Shown here in pieces: positions 51,430 to 60,278 of a stretch of DNA of 64,000 nucleotides. Each line of letters opens with the position of its first letter. Within the stretch, counting starts at the first letter, position 1. The position numbers were made by a program, and so were the translations under genes. The notes beneath the pieces were generated by a model, which did no database searches, had not been told where the DNA came from, and saw nothing but the letters and a program-made list of their open reading frames with translations. The stretch comes from Acidimicrobiia bacterium (GTDB lineage Bacteria; Actinomycetota; Acidimicrobiia; IMCC26256; JAENVU01), in the NCBI GenBank assembly GCA_036502405.1, contig DASXYP010000031.1:21799-85798 (forward strand). The letters run 5' to 3'.

Positions 51430-53409
51430 CTAGCGGCGGCCGAGCCGGCTCGCGTCGGCAGCCGAGGCGTGGTGCCGCCGCACCCACTCCATGAGCTCCG
51501 CCGCGGGCATCGGAAGGGCGTAGAAGTAGCCCTGTGCGACATCGCAGCCGAGCGCCGCGAGCGCATCCCGCGCGATCTCGGTCTCGACTCCCTCGGCCAC
51601 CGCCGTCAGGTGCAGGTTGTGCGCGAGCTCGATCGCGGAGCGCACGATCGTCGCATCGGCCGGGTCGTCGACCATCCCGAACACGAAGGACTTGTCGATC
51701 TTGATCTCGCTCACGGGCAGGTGACGCAGGTGCGCGAGCGACGAGTAGCCCGTTCCGAAGTCGTCGATCGACACGGCCAGGCCTTCGGCCCGGAGTCGTC
51801 GCACGACCTCGGTCACCGCGACCGGGTCCGCCATGATCGTGCTCTCGGTGATCTCGAGCACCAGCGCCGACGGAGGCAGGTCGTGACGGACGAGGAGCCC
51901 CCGCACGCGCTCGAGCAGGTCGGTCTCGATCAGGTTGCGCGCCGAGAGGTTGACCGCGACGCTCAGCTCCACGCCGCGGGAGCGCCAGACCCGGCAGTCC
52001 GTGCAGGCCCGCTCGAGCACGTGCTCCGTGAGCGGGTGGATCAGGCCGGACCGCTCGGCCAGGGGGATGAACTCGTCCGGTGGGAGCAACCCGTGCTCGG
52101 GGTGGTTCCAGCGCAGGAGTGCCTCGACCCCGGTCGCCCGACCGGTCTCGAGCGACACCTGGGGCTGGTAGTGCAGGACCAGCTCGTCGCCGTCCAGCGC
52201 CCGCCGGAGGTCGGCCACGAGTCCGAGCCGCCTGCGGCTGTACGTGTCGTGCTCGATCGCGTACAGCTCGACGGCGACGTGGGACTCCTTGGCCCACTGC
52301 ATCGCGACGTCAGCACGGCGCAGCAGGGTCTCCGCGTCCGTCCCGTGCTCGGGGAAGATGCTGACCCCGATCGTGGCCTCGACCTCGACCGAGAGGTCGT
52401 CGACGGTGAACGGTGTCTCGAGCGCGGTCACGAGATCGCGGGCGACGGCCAGCGCCCTCGCTGGATGGGCCATCGCGGGGACCACCACCGCGAACTCGTC
52501 GCTCCCGAGCCGGGCGACGGTGGCCCGCGCGGGCAGCGTCGCGACGACCCGGTCGCCGATCGCGCGCAGGAGCAGGTCACCGTTCTGGTAGCCGAGCGTG
52601 TCGTTGACCTCCTTGAACCGGTCGACGTCGAGGACGAGCACACCCACGCCGGTCGACGCCGACGTGGCGGCCTCGATCGCGGTCACCAGCTGCGCGCGCA
52701 GCATCGTGCGGTTCGGCAGGTCGGTCAGCGCGTCGTGCATCGCCTGGTGGTGGTTGGCGGCCGAGGTTCGCCGCAGCCGGCGAGACGCCTGCCAGACGAC
52801 GGGGAGGAGCACGAGCCAGAGCAGGGCGAGGCCACCCGCGAAGAGGAGGTTGCGCTGGCGGTTGTCCTTCGTGATCTCCCGACCGATCGGCGCGTAGGGC
52901 AGGTAGAGCTCGAACGCGCCCGCAGGCCGGGACGCCCCCGCGAAGGTGATCGGCACGTAGACCTCGAACAGCTTCCCGAAGTGGCGTTCGCTCGCATTCT
53001 CGGCGCGGCCGAGGGTGCTGATCTCGGACTCGACGTGGCCGTCGAGTGCCGCGAGGAGCTGGTCGTCCGCCTCGAAGCGCCGCCCGATGAGCGACGTGTC
53101 ATCCGAGTACACGACGTGGTCGGATCGATTCCAGATCTTGATCCGGGCGATGCTCGCGCTGCCCTCGTCGCTGCGGAGCACGCGGTCCAGGTTCGCCACC
53201 TCGGCCGGGCCGAGCCCGTGGGCGAGTCCGCTCGGCGTCAGCTGCGGCTGGATCCCCAGACGCGACACGAGGACCACGCTGTCCCGGGCCGAGTCGAGGC
53301 TGCGGCGTGCGGTCGCGCGCGCGGACGACTCGGTGAGCACGACGCCCAAGGCAATGGTCACGGCGAGGCTCAGCAGGGCGAACCTCAGCACCAGGCTCAT
53401 TCGGCGCAT
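51430..53409 (-). CDS. membrane sensor protein with GGDEF-type (GSDEF variant) and EAL domains
   Basis: 659 aa with two TM segments flanking a roughly 170-aa extracytoplasmic domain. The GGDEF domain has the variant motif RLGSDEF and no RxxD I-site. The EAL domain has all key motifs (EALLRW, NLS, EITES, DDFGTGYSS, KIDKSF, EGVE, QGY). Confidence 0.9.
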   Translation of the reverse strand: MRRMSLVLRFALLSLAVTIALGVVLTESSARATARRSLDSARDSVVLVSRLGIQPQLTPSGLAHGLGPAEVANLDRVLRSDEGSASIARIKIWNRSDHVVYSDDTSLIGRRFEADDQLLAALDGHVESEISTLGRAENASERHFGKLFEVYVPITFAGASRPAGAFELYLPYAPIGREITKDNRQRNLLFAGGLALLWLVLLPVVWQASRRLRRTSAANHHQAMHDALTDLPNRTMLRAQLVTAIEAATSASTGVGVLVLDVDRFKEVNDTLGYQNGDLLLRAIGDRVVATLPARATVARLGSDEFAVVVPAMAHPARALAVARDLVTALETPFTVDDLSVEVEATIGVSIFPEHGTDAETLLRRADVAMQWAKESHVAVELYAIEHDTYSRRRLGLVADLRRALDGDELVLHYQPQVSLETGRATGVEALLRWNHPEHGLLPPDEFIPLAERSGLIHPLTEHVLERACTDCRVWRSRGVELSVAVNLSARNLIETDLLERVRGLLVRHDLPPSALVLEITESTIMADPVAVTEVVRRLRAEGLAVSIDDFGTGYSSLAHLRHLPVSEIKIDKSFVFGMVDDPADATIVRSAIELAHNLHLTAVAEGVETEIARDALAALGCDVAQGYFYALPMPAAELMEWVRRHHASAADASRLGRR

Positions 53410-53527
53410 ACACGGATCTCCGGATTCGCTCGCTCAGAGATCGGCCGCAAGCCCCCGAACTTGAGCGGAGACGGGCTGACCGGGGTCCCGGGCGGCCCGG
53501 CCCCGCGGGAGGGGACCCGGCCGGCGG

Positions 53528-54484
53528 CTACTCCTCCCGGGCGTAGGTCGCGGTGAGCTCCTCGCCGATCCGGGCCAACCAGTCACGGAGCGATGGGGGC
53601 TCCAGCACCTCGAGGCCGGCGCCGAAGCCCGCGAGCTCGCCTGCGAGCGCACGGTCGCTCCCCCCGCCGATCTCGACGTCGACGCGACCGTCGGGGCGCG
53701 TGGGCCCGATGCGGACGCGCGTCCCGAGCACCATTCGAAGCACCGGCACCGTCTCCGGGGTCGCCGCGCCGCGAGCTTCGATCGCCGCGTGCCGGCGGGC
53801 GTCGACCGTGTCGGTGATCAGCTTCCAGGCCGCGGCCAGGTCGAAGCCATCCGGGCGGACGACCGCCTCCCCCGTCGGCTCCACCGCGCTCACCCGGTCC
53901 ACCTTGAACGTGCGCAACCCGGCGTCCGTGTCCGCGACGAGATACCACGCGGGCCCCTTGCTCGCGAGACCGAGCGGGTGGACGATGCGTGTGCTCGCGG
54001 CCTTGTTCGGCGTCCGGTAGCCGAGCGTGACCTGCAATCCGTCGACCACCGCACGTTGGAGCGCGTCCAGGTGCGGCGGGTTGAGCTGGGGGCGCCCGCC
54101 GCGGCCCCAGGCCGTGGGATCGACGACGACCGCGTTCGCTGCGGCCTCGGCGTCGTTGCGGAAGGTCTCGGGCAGCGCCCGCACGAGCTTGCGCAACGCG
54201 GCCTTCACCTCGGGCGTGCTCGACGCGGTGCCCGCGACCAGGAAGAGCGCGCGCGCTTCGGCCGCGGTGAGACCGCTCAGGTCGGTCTTCGCCCCGCCGA
54301 CGAGCTGCCAGCCTCCGTTGCGCCCCTGGCGCGAGTAGACGGGCACGCCCGCCATCGCGAGTGCGTCCAGGTCGCGCCGGGCGGTCCGCTCCGAGACCTC
54401 GAGCTCCTCCGCGACCTCCGCCGCGGTCACCTGGGTGCGGGCCTGGAGCAGGAGCAGGATGGCCACGAGGCGGTCGGCGCGCAC
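53528..54484 (-). CDS. WYL-domain transcriptional regulator (YafY/PafBC-like: HTH plus WYL plus C-terminal extension)
   Basis: From ORF 53528..55378, started at GTG 54484 (VRADRLVAILLLLQARTQVTAAEVAEELEVSERTARRDLDAL...). The WYL region is VTLGYRTPNKAASTRIVHPLGLASKGPAWYLVADTDAGLRTFKVDRV. Confidence 0.85.
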   Translation of the reverse strand: MRADRLVAILLLLQARTQVTAAEVAEELEVSERTARRDLDALAMAGVPVYSRQGRNGGWQLVGGAKTDLSGLTAAEARALFLVAGTASSTPEVKAALRKLVRALPETFRNDAEAAANAVVVDPTAWGRGGRPQLNPPHLDALQRAVVDGLQVTLGYRTPNKAASTRIVHPLGLASKGPAWYLVADTDAGLRTFKVDRVSAVEPTGEAVVRPDGFDLAAAWKLITDTVDARRHAAIEARGAATPETVPVLRMVLGTRVRIGPTRPDGRVDVEIGGGSDRALAGELAGFGAGLEVLEPPSLRDWLARIGEELTATYAREE

Positions 54485-54501
54485 GCTCCGATTCTGACAA
54501 A

Positions 54502-54527
54502 GAACCCGGTCAGGCAGTGACCGGTTC
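54502..54527. promoter_or_regulatory. imperfect inverted repeat in the divergent WYL-regulator / PhyH intergenic region (candidate operator)
   Basis: GAACCCGGTCA (54502-54512), a 5-nt spacer, then TGACCGGTTC (54518-54527). The core CCGGTCA/TGACCGG is perfect. There is a one-base bulge in the left flank. Confidence 0.35.
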
Positions 54528-54589
54528 GCACAACACGCGCCCGGAGCTCCCGGCCTGACCGCATCTCCGGGCCGCCCTAGCCTCGGACC

Positions 54590-55462
54590 ATGGTCGACGC
54601 TCCCCTGCCGCAGGTCCTGTCCGCCGACCAGGTGGCCTGCTACCAGGACCAGGGGTGGCTGACGGTGCCCGGGCTGGTCGGCGACGAGTGGCTGGAGCGG
54701 CTCCGGGCCGTCACCGATGACTTCCTCGACCAGAGCCGGGCGCTGACCGAGTCGAACGTCGTGTTCGACCTCGACGACGGGCACTGCGCCGCCGAGCCGC
54801 GGCTGCGCCGGCTCAGCTCGCCGACCGACCTGCACGACACCTACTGGGAGTTCGCGTCGCAGTCCGTGATCGTGGACGTCGTCGCCGACCTGCTCGGGCC
54901 CGACCTGAAGTTCCACCACTCGAAGCTCAACTTCAAGGCGGCCCGCGGCGGAGAAGAGGTGAAGTGGCACCAGGACATCCAATTCTGGCCGCACACCAAC
55001 TACGACCTGCTGACCGTCGGCGTCTTCCTCGACGCGGTGGAGCCGGGGATGGGTGAGGTCGGGTTCGTCCCGGGCAGCCACGCGGGGCCGCTCTACGACC
55101 TCTACGACGACGACGTGTGGGTCGGCGCGCTCTCCGACGCGGACGCCGTCGCCGCCGGCGTCGATCGCGCCGAGTACCCCGTCGGCCCGGCGGGCACGAT
55201 CACCGTGCACAGCTGCCGGACGGTGCACGGCTCCGCGCCGAACCGGTCGGACCGCGCCCGCCACCTGCTGCTGCAGACCTACGCCGCCGCGGACGCGTTC
55301 TCCTACACCGACCTGGTGCGCCCGTCGCCGCACGGCGAGACGCTCATCCGCGGCGAGCCCGCGCGCTGGGCGCGGCACGACCCGCGGCCGTGCCTCATGC
55401 CGCCGACCGGGCCCTACCGACCCATCTTCGCCGTCCAGCAGCGCGAGGCTCCGCCTTCGTGA
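54590..55462 (+). CDS. phytanoyl-CoA dioxygenase (PhyH) family Fe(II)/2-oxoglutarate oxygenase
   Basis: 290 aa with the H-x-D iron motif (VKWHQDIQFW) and a distal His (TVHSCRTVHGSAPNRS). Confidence 0.85.
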   Translation: MVDAPLPQVLSADQVACYQDQGWLTVPGLVGDEWLERLRAVTDDFLDQSRALTESNVVFDLDDGHCAAEPRLRRLSSPTDLHDTYWEFASQSVIVDVVADLLGPDLKFHHSKLNFKAARGGEEVKWHQDIQFWPHTNYDLLTVGVFLDAVEPGMGEVGFVPGSHAGPLYDLYDDDVWVGALSDADAVAAGVDRAEYPVGPAGTITVHSCRTVHGSAPNRSDRARHLLLQTYAAADAFSYTDLVRPSPHGETLIRGEPARWARHDPRPCLMPPTGPYRPIFAVQQREAPPS

Positions 55463-56901
55463 GGACCGCGCGGGCCACCGCCGTGGTGTTCGGCACCTCG
55501 GCGGCGGTCCTCGTGCTCGAGATCATCGCGGGCCGGCTGATGGCGCCCTACGTCGGCGTCTCGCTGCAGACGTTCACCGGGATCATCGGCACCGTGCTCG
55601 CGGGGATCGCCGCGGGTGCCGCGGTCGGGGGCATCGTGGCCGACCGCCGGGACCCGCGCACGATGATCGGCCCCGCGCTCGTGATCGGCGGCGCGCTCAC
55701 GTGGTTGTCGGTCCCGATCGTCACCGGTCTCGGCCCCAAGATGGACAGCGAGCCGGTCGCGATCGTGCTGCTGACCGCCGCTGCCTTCTTCCTGCCGGTC
55801 GCGGTCCTCAGTGCGGTGAGCCCGATGGTCGCCAAGCTGCGGCTCGCCGACCTCGACGAGACCGGCACCGTCGTCGGTGGGCTCTCGGCCGCGGGGACGT
55901 TCGGGGCGCTGGCCGGCACGTTCCTGACCGGCTTCGTGCTCGTGGCGGCGCTGCCCTCCAAGACGATCGTGGTCGTCATCGGTGCCGTCCTGGTCGCGGC
56001 CGGGATCGTGGCGTCCTGGCGCCTTCGCGGTCGTCCTCCGGCGCTCCCCGGCATCGGACTCGCGCTGCTCGTGCTCTGGAGCGGCCTGAACGTCGCGACC
56101 GTCCGGTCGACCTGCGAGCACGAGACCGCGTACTCGTGCGTGCGCGTCGAGGCCGTGCCCGGTCACCCGTCGGCCCGCAACCTCTACCTGGACCGGCTCC
56201 GGCACGCGTACGTCGACCCGAAGCACCCGACCGAACTCGACGTCCGCTACGTGCGCCTCTTCGCGGACGTCGTCCGGGCGATGCCCGGGGGTCCGCTCGA
56301 CGCGCTCCACATCGGGGGCGGTGGGTTCAGCTTCCCCGAGTACCTCGACGCGGTGCGGACCGGATCGCACAACCGCGTGCTCGAGATCGACGCCGACCTC
56401 GTGAAGATCGCGAAGCGCGAGCTCGGACTGGTCGAGTCGAAGCACCTCGTCGTGGACGTCGGTGACGCGCGCCTCGCGCTGGCACACCTCCGACCCGACT
56501 CGTACGACCTCGTGGTCGGGGACGCGTTCTCCGGCGAGTCCGTCCCGTGGCACCTCACGACGGCCGAGGTCATGCAGGAGATCGACCGCGGCCTACGGCC
56601 CGGCGGCGTCCTGGTGATGAACGTCATCGACGGCGGGCGCAACCGGTTCGCCCGGGCCGAGGTGGCGACGTTGTCCTCACAGTTCCGCCACGTCGCGGTG
56701 ATCGTGCCCGCCGGCGGCGTGCCGGCGAGCGAGCCGGCGAACCAGGTGCTGGTCGCTTCCCGGGCCCCGATCCCGAGCTTCGCGGTGGCGCCCGCTGACG
56801 GCGAGGTCCTCCGCGGCGCGGCGGTGACGCGCTACGTCGACGGCGCGCGCCGGCTCACCGACGACTACGCCCCGGTCGACCAGCTCGTCATGCCCTTCTG
56901 A
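55459..56901 (+). CDS. membrane-fused spermidine-synthase-like aminopropyl/methyl-transferase family protein
   Basis: GTG 55459 inside ORF 55117..56901, overlapping the PhyH stop (GTGA). It has about seven N-terminal TM helices. The C-terminal SpeE-like domain reads LHIGGGGFSFPEYL...VLEIDADLV...VGDAR...DLVVGDAFSG. Confidence 0.8.
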   Translation: MRTARATAVVFGTSAAVLVLEIIAGRLMAPYVGVSLQTFTGIIGTVLAGIAAGAAVGGIVADRRDPRTMIGPALVIGGALTWLSVPIVTGLGPKMDSEPVAIVLLTAAAFFLPVAVLSAVSPMVAKLRLADLDETGTVVGGLSAAGTFGALAGTFLTGFVLVAALPSKTIVVVIGAVLVAAGIVASWRLRGRPPALPGIGLALLVLWSGLNVATVRSTCEHETAYSCVRVEAVPGHPSARNLYLDRLRHAYVDPKHPTELDVRYVRLFADVVRAMPGGPLDALHIGGGGFSFPEYLDAVRTGSHNRVLEIDADLVKIAKRELGLVESKHLVVDVGDARLALAHLRPDSYDLVVGDAFSGESVPWHLTTAEVMQEIDRGLRPGGVLVMNVIDGGRNRFARAEVATLSSQFRHVAVIVPAGGVPASEPANQVLVASRAPIPSFAVAPADGEVLRGAAVTRYVDGARRLTDDYAPVDQLVMPF

Positions 56902-57004
56902 TCCCCCGGATCGGTCGCGCCGCCGCATCCGCGTCGCAGCCTCGGGCGGTGAGAGGAGAGCCGCGTCGGGCGGCGGCGACGGTCTGGGCGACAATGGCCC
57001 GAGC

Positions 57005-57589
57005 ATGAGCCCCCCGCTGCAGCTCGAGTTCCTGCTCTCGGCCCCGCGCCTGGACCTGTTGCCCGACTCGCGGGCCGAGGTCACGTTCGTCGGCCGGTCC
57101 AACGTCGGGAAGTCGTCGCTGCTCAACGCGCTGGCTGGTCGCAGGCAGCTCGCCCTCGTGTCCAAGACCCCGGGACGAACGCAGCTGCTCAACTGCTTCG
57201 ACCTCGTGGGTGCCGACGCGACCGTCGTGGACTGCCCCGGCTACGGCTACGCGAAGGTGGCGAAGTCCACCCGGGCGACGTGGCAGCCGATGGTCGAGCG
57301 GTATCTGCTCGACCGGGACCAGCTCGAGATGATCCTGCTCCTCGTCGACGGGGAGATCGGACCCACGCAGTCCGACTTGCAGATGCTCGACTGGCTGCGC
57401 GCCCACGCCCGCCCGCACTCCGTCGTCGCGACGAAGCACGACAAGGTGAAGTCGTCCCAGCGCGAGCGACGCAAGCGCGAGCTCGCGGCGAAGTGCATGC
57501 TCGAGCCCGGAGACGTGGTCTGGGTCAGCGCCACGAAGGCGACCGGGATCGAGCGTCTGCGGGACCTGGTCCGGCTCTGGCTGTCCTGA
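57005..57589 (+). CDS. engB: ribosome biogenesis GTPase YsxC/EngB
   Basis: 194 aa with G1 (GRSNVGKSSLLNAL), G3 (DCPGYG) and G4 (TKHDK) motifs. Confidence 0.9.
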   Translation: MSPPLQLEFLLSAPRLDLLPDSRAEVTFVGRSNVGKSSLLNALAGRRQLALVSKTPGRTQLLNCFDLVGADATVVDCPGYGYAKVAKSTRATWQPMVERYLLDRDQLEMILLLVDGEIGPTQSDLQMLDWLRAHARPHSVVATKHDKVKSSQRERRKRELAAKCMLEPGDVVWVSATKATGIERLRDLVRLWLS

Positions 57590-57590
57590 C

Positions 57591-57971
57591 GTGCTGCTCG
57601 TCGACGGCAACAACGTGATCGGCTCGGTGCCCGACGGCTGGTGGCGTGACCGGCCGGGCGCGGTGCGCCGGCTCCTGGCCCGGCTGCAGTGCCTCGCCGC
57701 GACGCGCCCGGAGGCGGTGCACGTCGTCTTCGACGTGCCCCAGTCCGACCTGCCCGAGGGCGAGCACGACGGCGTCCACGTCCACTACGCCACGAGGAAG
57801 GGACGTGACGCAGCCGACGACCGGATCGTGGCCCTGCTCGACGCGGGCGTCGAGGAGCCGGTGCAGGTGGTGACCTCGGACCGCGCCCTCGCTGAAGCCG
57901 TCCGGCTGCGGGGGGCCGACGTGACGGGCGCCGGCGCCCTGCTTCGGGACCTGGACCGGGCGGGATGCTGA
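57591..57971 (+). CDS. NYN/YacP-like predicted RNA-binding nuclease-fold protein
   Basis: 126 aa from GTG 57591, 1 nt after the engB stop (MLLVDGNNVIGS...GRDAADDRIV...VVTSDRALAEAVR). Confidence 0.7.
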   Translation: MLLVDGNNVIGSVPDGWWRDRPGAVRRLLARLQCLAATRPEAVHVVFDVPQSDLPEGEHDGVHVHYATRKGRDAADDRIVALLDAGVEEPVQVVTSDRALAEAVRLRGADVTGAGALLRDLDRAGC

Positions 57972-58705
57972 GCCGCCGGGGCGGCGCCGACCTGTCCTTG
58001 GATAGCCTTGGGCGGTTGAACGCACGGGCAGGAACGGCAGCAACGGACGGCGCGGCGGCGGACGTCGAGGCCGACGCACGGACCCGGCTGCGCGAAGCGG
58101 CGCTGCAGCGCTTCGGCCGGCAGGGCATCCGGGGGACGTCGACGCGGGAGATCATCGCCGACGCCGGGCTCCGCAACCCTTCGGCGATCACGTACTACTT
58201 CGGCTCGAAGGCGCAGCTGGTGGAGCATCTCGTCCGCGAGGTCAACCTCGAGCAGTCGGCGATCATCCAGCAGCAGGTCGCGCTCGCGGCCTCGGTGGGG
58301 ACGCCGACTCCCGAAGCCTGGGCCGCGACCGCCGTCGATGCTGCGAACGGGATGCTCGCGACCGAGCGCAGCTGCCTCCTCGTGCGCGTCTGGGCCGAGC
58401 GCGACGAGAGCAACCCTGACGCGGTCGAGACCTTCCTCGTGAGCGACCATCCACTCGCGTCCCGCTGGAGGAGCTGCGTCGCAACCACGTTCTCGACGCT
58501 CCCGCCGGGGGTGGCCGTCGCGCGCAACGTCGTCGTGCTGCGGACGTTGCAGTGGCTGACCGTCCGCCGCGCCCGCCGCTCCCTTGGCACCGAACGACCA
58601 CCGTGGCACCTCGAGCCGGCCGCGACGCGAGCGTTCGTCCTCGAGCTGGTGCTGAACATCCTCACGCCGCCCACGTCGATCGCCGACACGGACCTCGTCG
58701 GCTGA
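57965..58705 (+). CDS. TetR-family transcriptional regulator
   Basis: The HTH is RLREAALQRFGRQGIRGTSTREIIADAGLRNPSAITYYFGSKAQL. The first 40 or so codons have poor GC3, so the true start may lie downstream (in-frame TTG codons near 57998 and 58016). Confidence 0.75.
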   Translation: MLSRRGGADLSLDSLGRLNARAGTAATDGAAADVEADARTRLREAALQRFGRQGIRGTSTREIIADAGLRNPSAITYYFGSKAQLVEHLVREVNLEQSAIIQQQVALAASVGTPTPEAWAATAVDAANGMLATERSCLLVRVWAERDESNPDAVETFLVSDHPLASRWRSCVATTFSTLPPGVAVARNVVVLRTLQWLTVRRARRSLGTERPPWHLEPAATRAFVLELVLNILTPPTSIADTDLVG

Positions 58706-58782
58706 ACCCACCCTGCCGTGGTATCCACCCCTCCGTCCGAAATCCGCTAGCCAGGACGAGCCGGCTCGGCCATCCTCGGACC

Positions 58783-60246
58783 ATGTTCGAGGATCACGAG
58801 CGGTGCTACCGGGCGGTGCAGAGCCGCGACCCCCGCTTCGACGGGTGGTTCTTCGGCGCGGTGACGAGCACGGGCATCTACTGCCGGCCGAGCTGCCCCG
58901 CCCGGACCCCGAAGCGCCAGAACATGCGCTTCTACGCGACCGCCGCCGCGGCGCAGCTCGCGGGCTTCCGGGCCTGCAAGCGTTGCCGTCCCGACGCGAC
59001 CCCGGGGTCACCCGAGTGGAACCAGCGGGCCGACCTCGTCGGGCGGGCGATGCGGCTCATCGCGGACGGTGTGGTCGACCGCGAAGGGGTGTCGGGCTTG
59101 GCCCGCCGGCTCAGCTACAGCGAGCGCCACCTCCACCGGCAGCTGGTCGCCGAGGTCGGTGCGGGCCCGATCGCGCTCGCGCGAGCCCAGCGGGCGCAGA
59201 CCGCTCGCGTCCTCATCGAGACGACGGACGTCGGCCTCGCGCACGTCGCGTTCGCGAGCGGCTTCGCGAGCATCCGCCAGTTCAACGACACGATCCGCGC
59301 GGTCTTCGCAATGACGCCGACGGAGCTCCGGGCCCGCGCTGCGTCGCGGTCTCGCGGGACCCGCCCACCGGTCACAGCACCCGGGCAGATCTCGTTGCGC
59401 CTCCCGTTCCGGGCGCCGTACGACGGCGGCCCGATGTTGGACCTGCTCCGCTCCCGGGCCGTGCCCGGCGTCGAGGCGGTGGACGCCACCACCTACCGCC
59501 GGACGTTGATGCTCCCGTTCGGCGCGGCGACGGTCGCGCTCACGCCGCAGCCCGAGCACATCGCGTGCATCCTCGCGCTCGACGACCTCCGCGACCTGCC
59601 CGCGGCGGTCCAACGGTGCCGTCGCCTCCTGGACCTCGATGCCGACCCGGTCGCGGTGAGCGCGCAGCTCGGACGCGACGCCCTCCTCGGCCCGCTCGTG
59701 CGGAAGCACCCCGGGTTGCGCGTCCCCGGCCACGGTGACGGGTTCGAGCTGCTCGTCCGCGCGATCGTCGGGCAGCAGGTCTCGGTCGCGGGTGCCCGCA
59801 CCGTCCTGGGGCGGATGACGGCCACGATGGGCACGCCGCTCGCCAGTCCCGACGGCCGCCTCACCGGGCACTTCCCGGACGCGGGCACGCTCGCGGCCGC
59901 CGAACCGACGACGTTGCCGATGCCGCGCGCGCGGGCGGAGACCATCATTCGGATCGCGAGGGAGGTCGCGGCGGGTGACCTCCACGTCGATCCCGGCGTC
60001 GACCGGGAGGAGCTCCGGCACCAGCTGCTCGGGATCCCCGGCATCGGACCCTGGACGGTCGCGTACGTGAGCCTTCGTGCCCTCGGCGACCCCGACGTCT
60101 TCATGCCGACGGACCTCGGGGTCCGCCGCGCGCTCGAGCAGCTCGGGGTGCCCGGCGACGCGAAGCACGCGGCGGCCCGGGCCGAGGCCTGGCGGCCATG
60201 GCGCTCGTACGGCCTGATGCACCTGTGGACGGCCCTCGTGCGCTGA
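58783..60246 (+). CDS. bifunctional Ada-like Zn/AraC-HTH regulator fused to AlkA-type DNA-3-methyladenine glycosylase II
   Basis: ATG 58783 inside ORF 58552..60246. It has the Ada Zn-binding motif (FDGWFFGAVTSTGIYCRPSCPAR...FRACKRCRP), an AraC HTH, and a HhH-GPD glycosylase C-terminus (...GIPGIGPWTVAYVSLRALGDPDVFMPTDLG...). Confidence 0.85.
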   Translation: MFEDHERCYRAVQSRDPRFDGWFFGAVTSTGIYCRPSCPARTPKRQNMRFYATAAAAQLAGFRACKRCRPDATPGSPEWNQRADLVGRAMRLIADGVVDREGVSGLARRLSYSERHLHRQLVAEVGAGPIALARAQRAQTARVLIETTDVGLAHVAFASGFASIRQFNDTIRAVFAMTPTELRARAASRSRGTRPPVTAPGQISLRLPFRAPYDGGPMLDLLRSRAVPGVEAVDATTYRRTLMLPFGAATVALTPQPEHIACILALDDLRDLPAAVQRCRRLLDLDADPVAVSAQLGRDALLGPLVRKHPGLRVPGHGDGFELLVRAIVGQQVSVAGARTVLGRMTATMGTPLASPDGRLTGHFPDAGTLAAAEPTTLPMPRARAETIIRIAREVAAGDLHVDPGVDREELRHQLLGIPGIGPWTVAYVSLRALGDPDVFMPTDLGVRRALEQLGVPGDAKHAAARAEAWRPWRSYGLMHLWTALVR

Positions 60247-60278
60247 GGGAACGAGAGGTGAATTGGCGGCGGCGCGCC

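Noticed and set aside
51182-52297. A 371-aa ORF overlapping the GSDEF-EAL gene on the same strand in another frame.
   Set aside because: Only its last 61 codons, downstream of the GSDEF-EAL stop, are free of the overlap and look coding. The remainder is an Arg/Pro-rich shadow frame.
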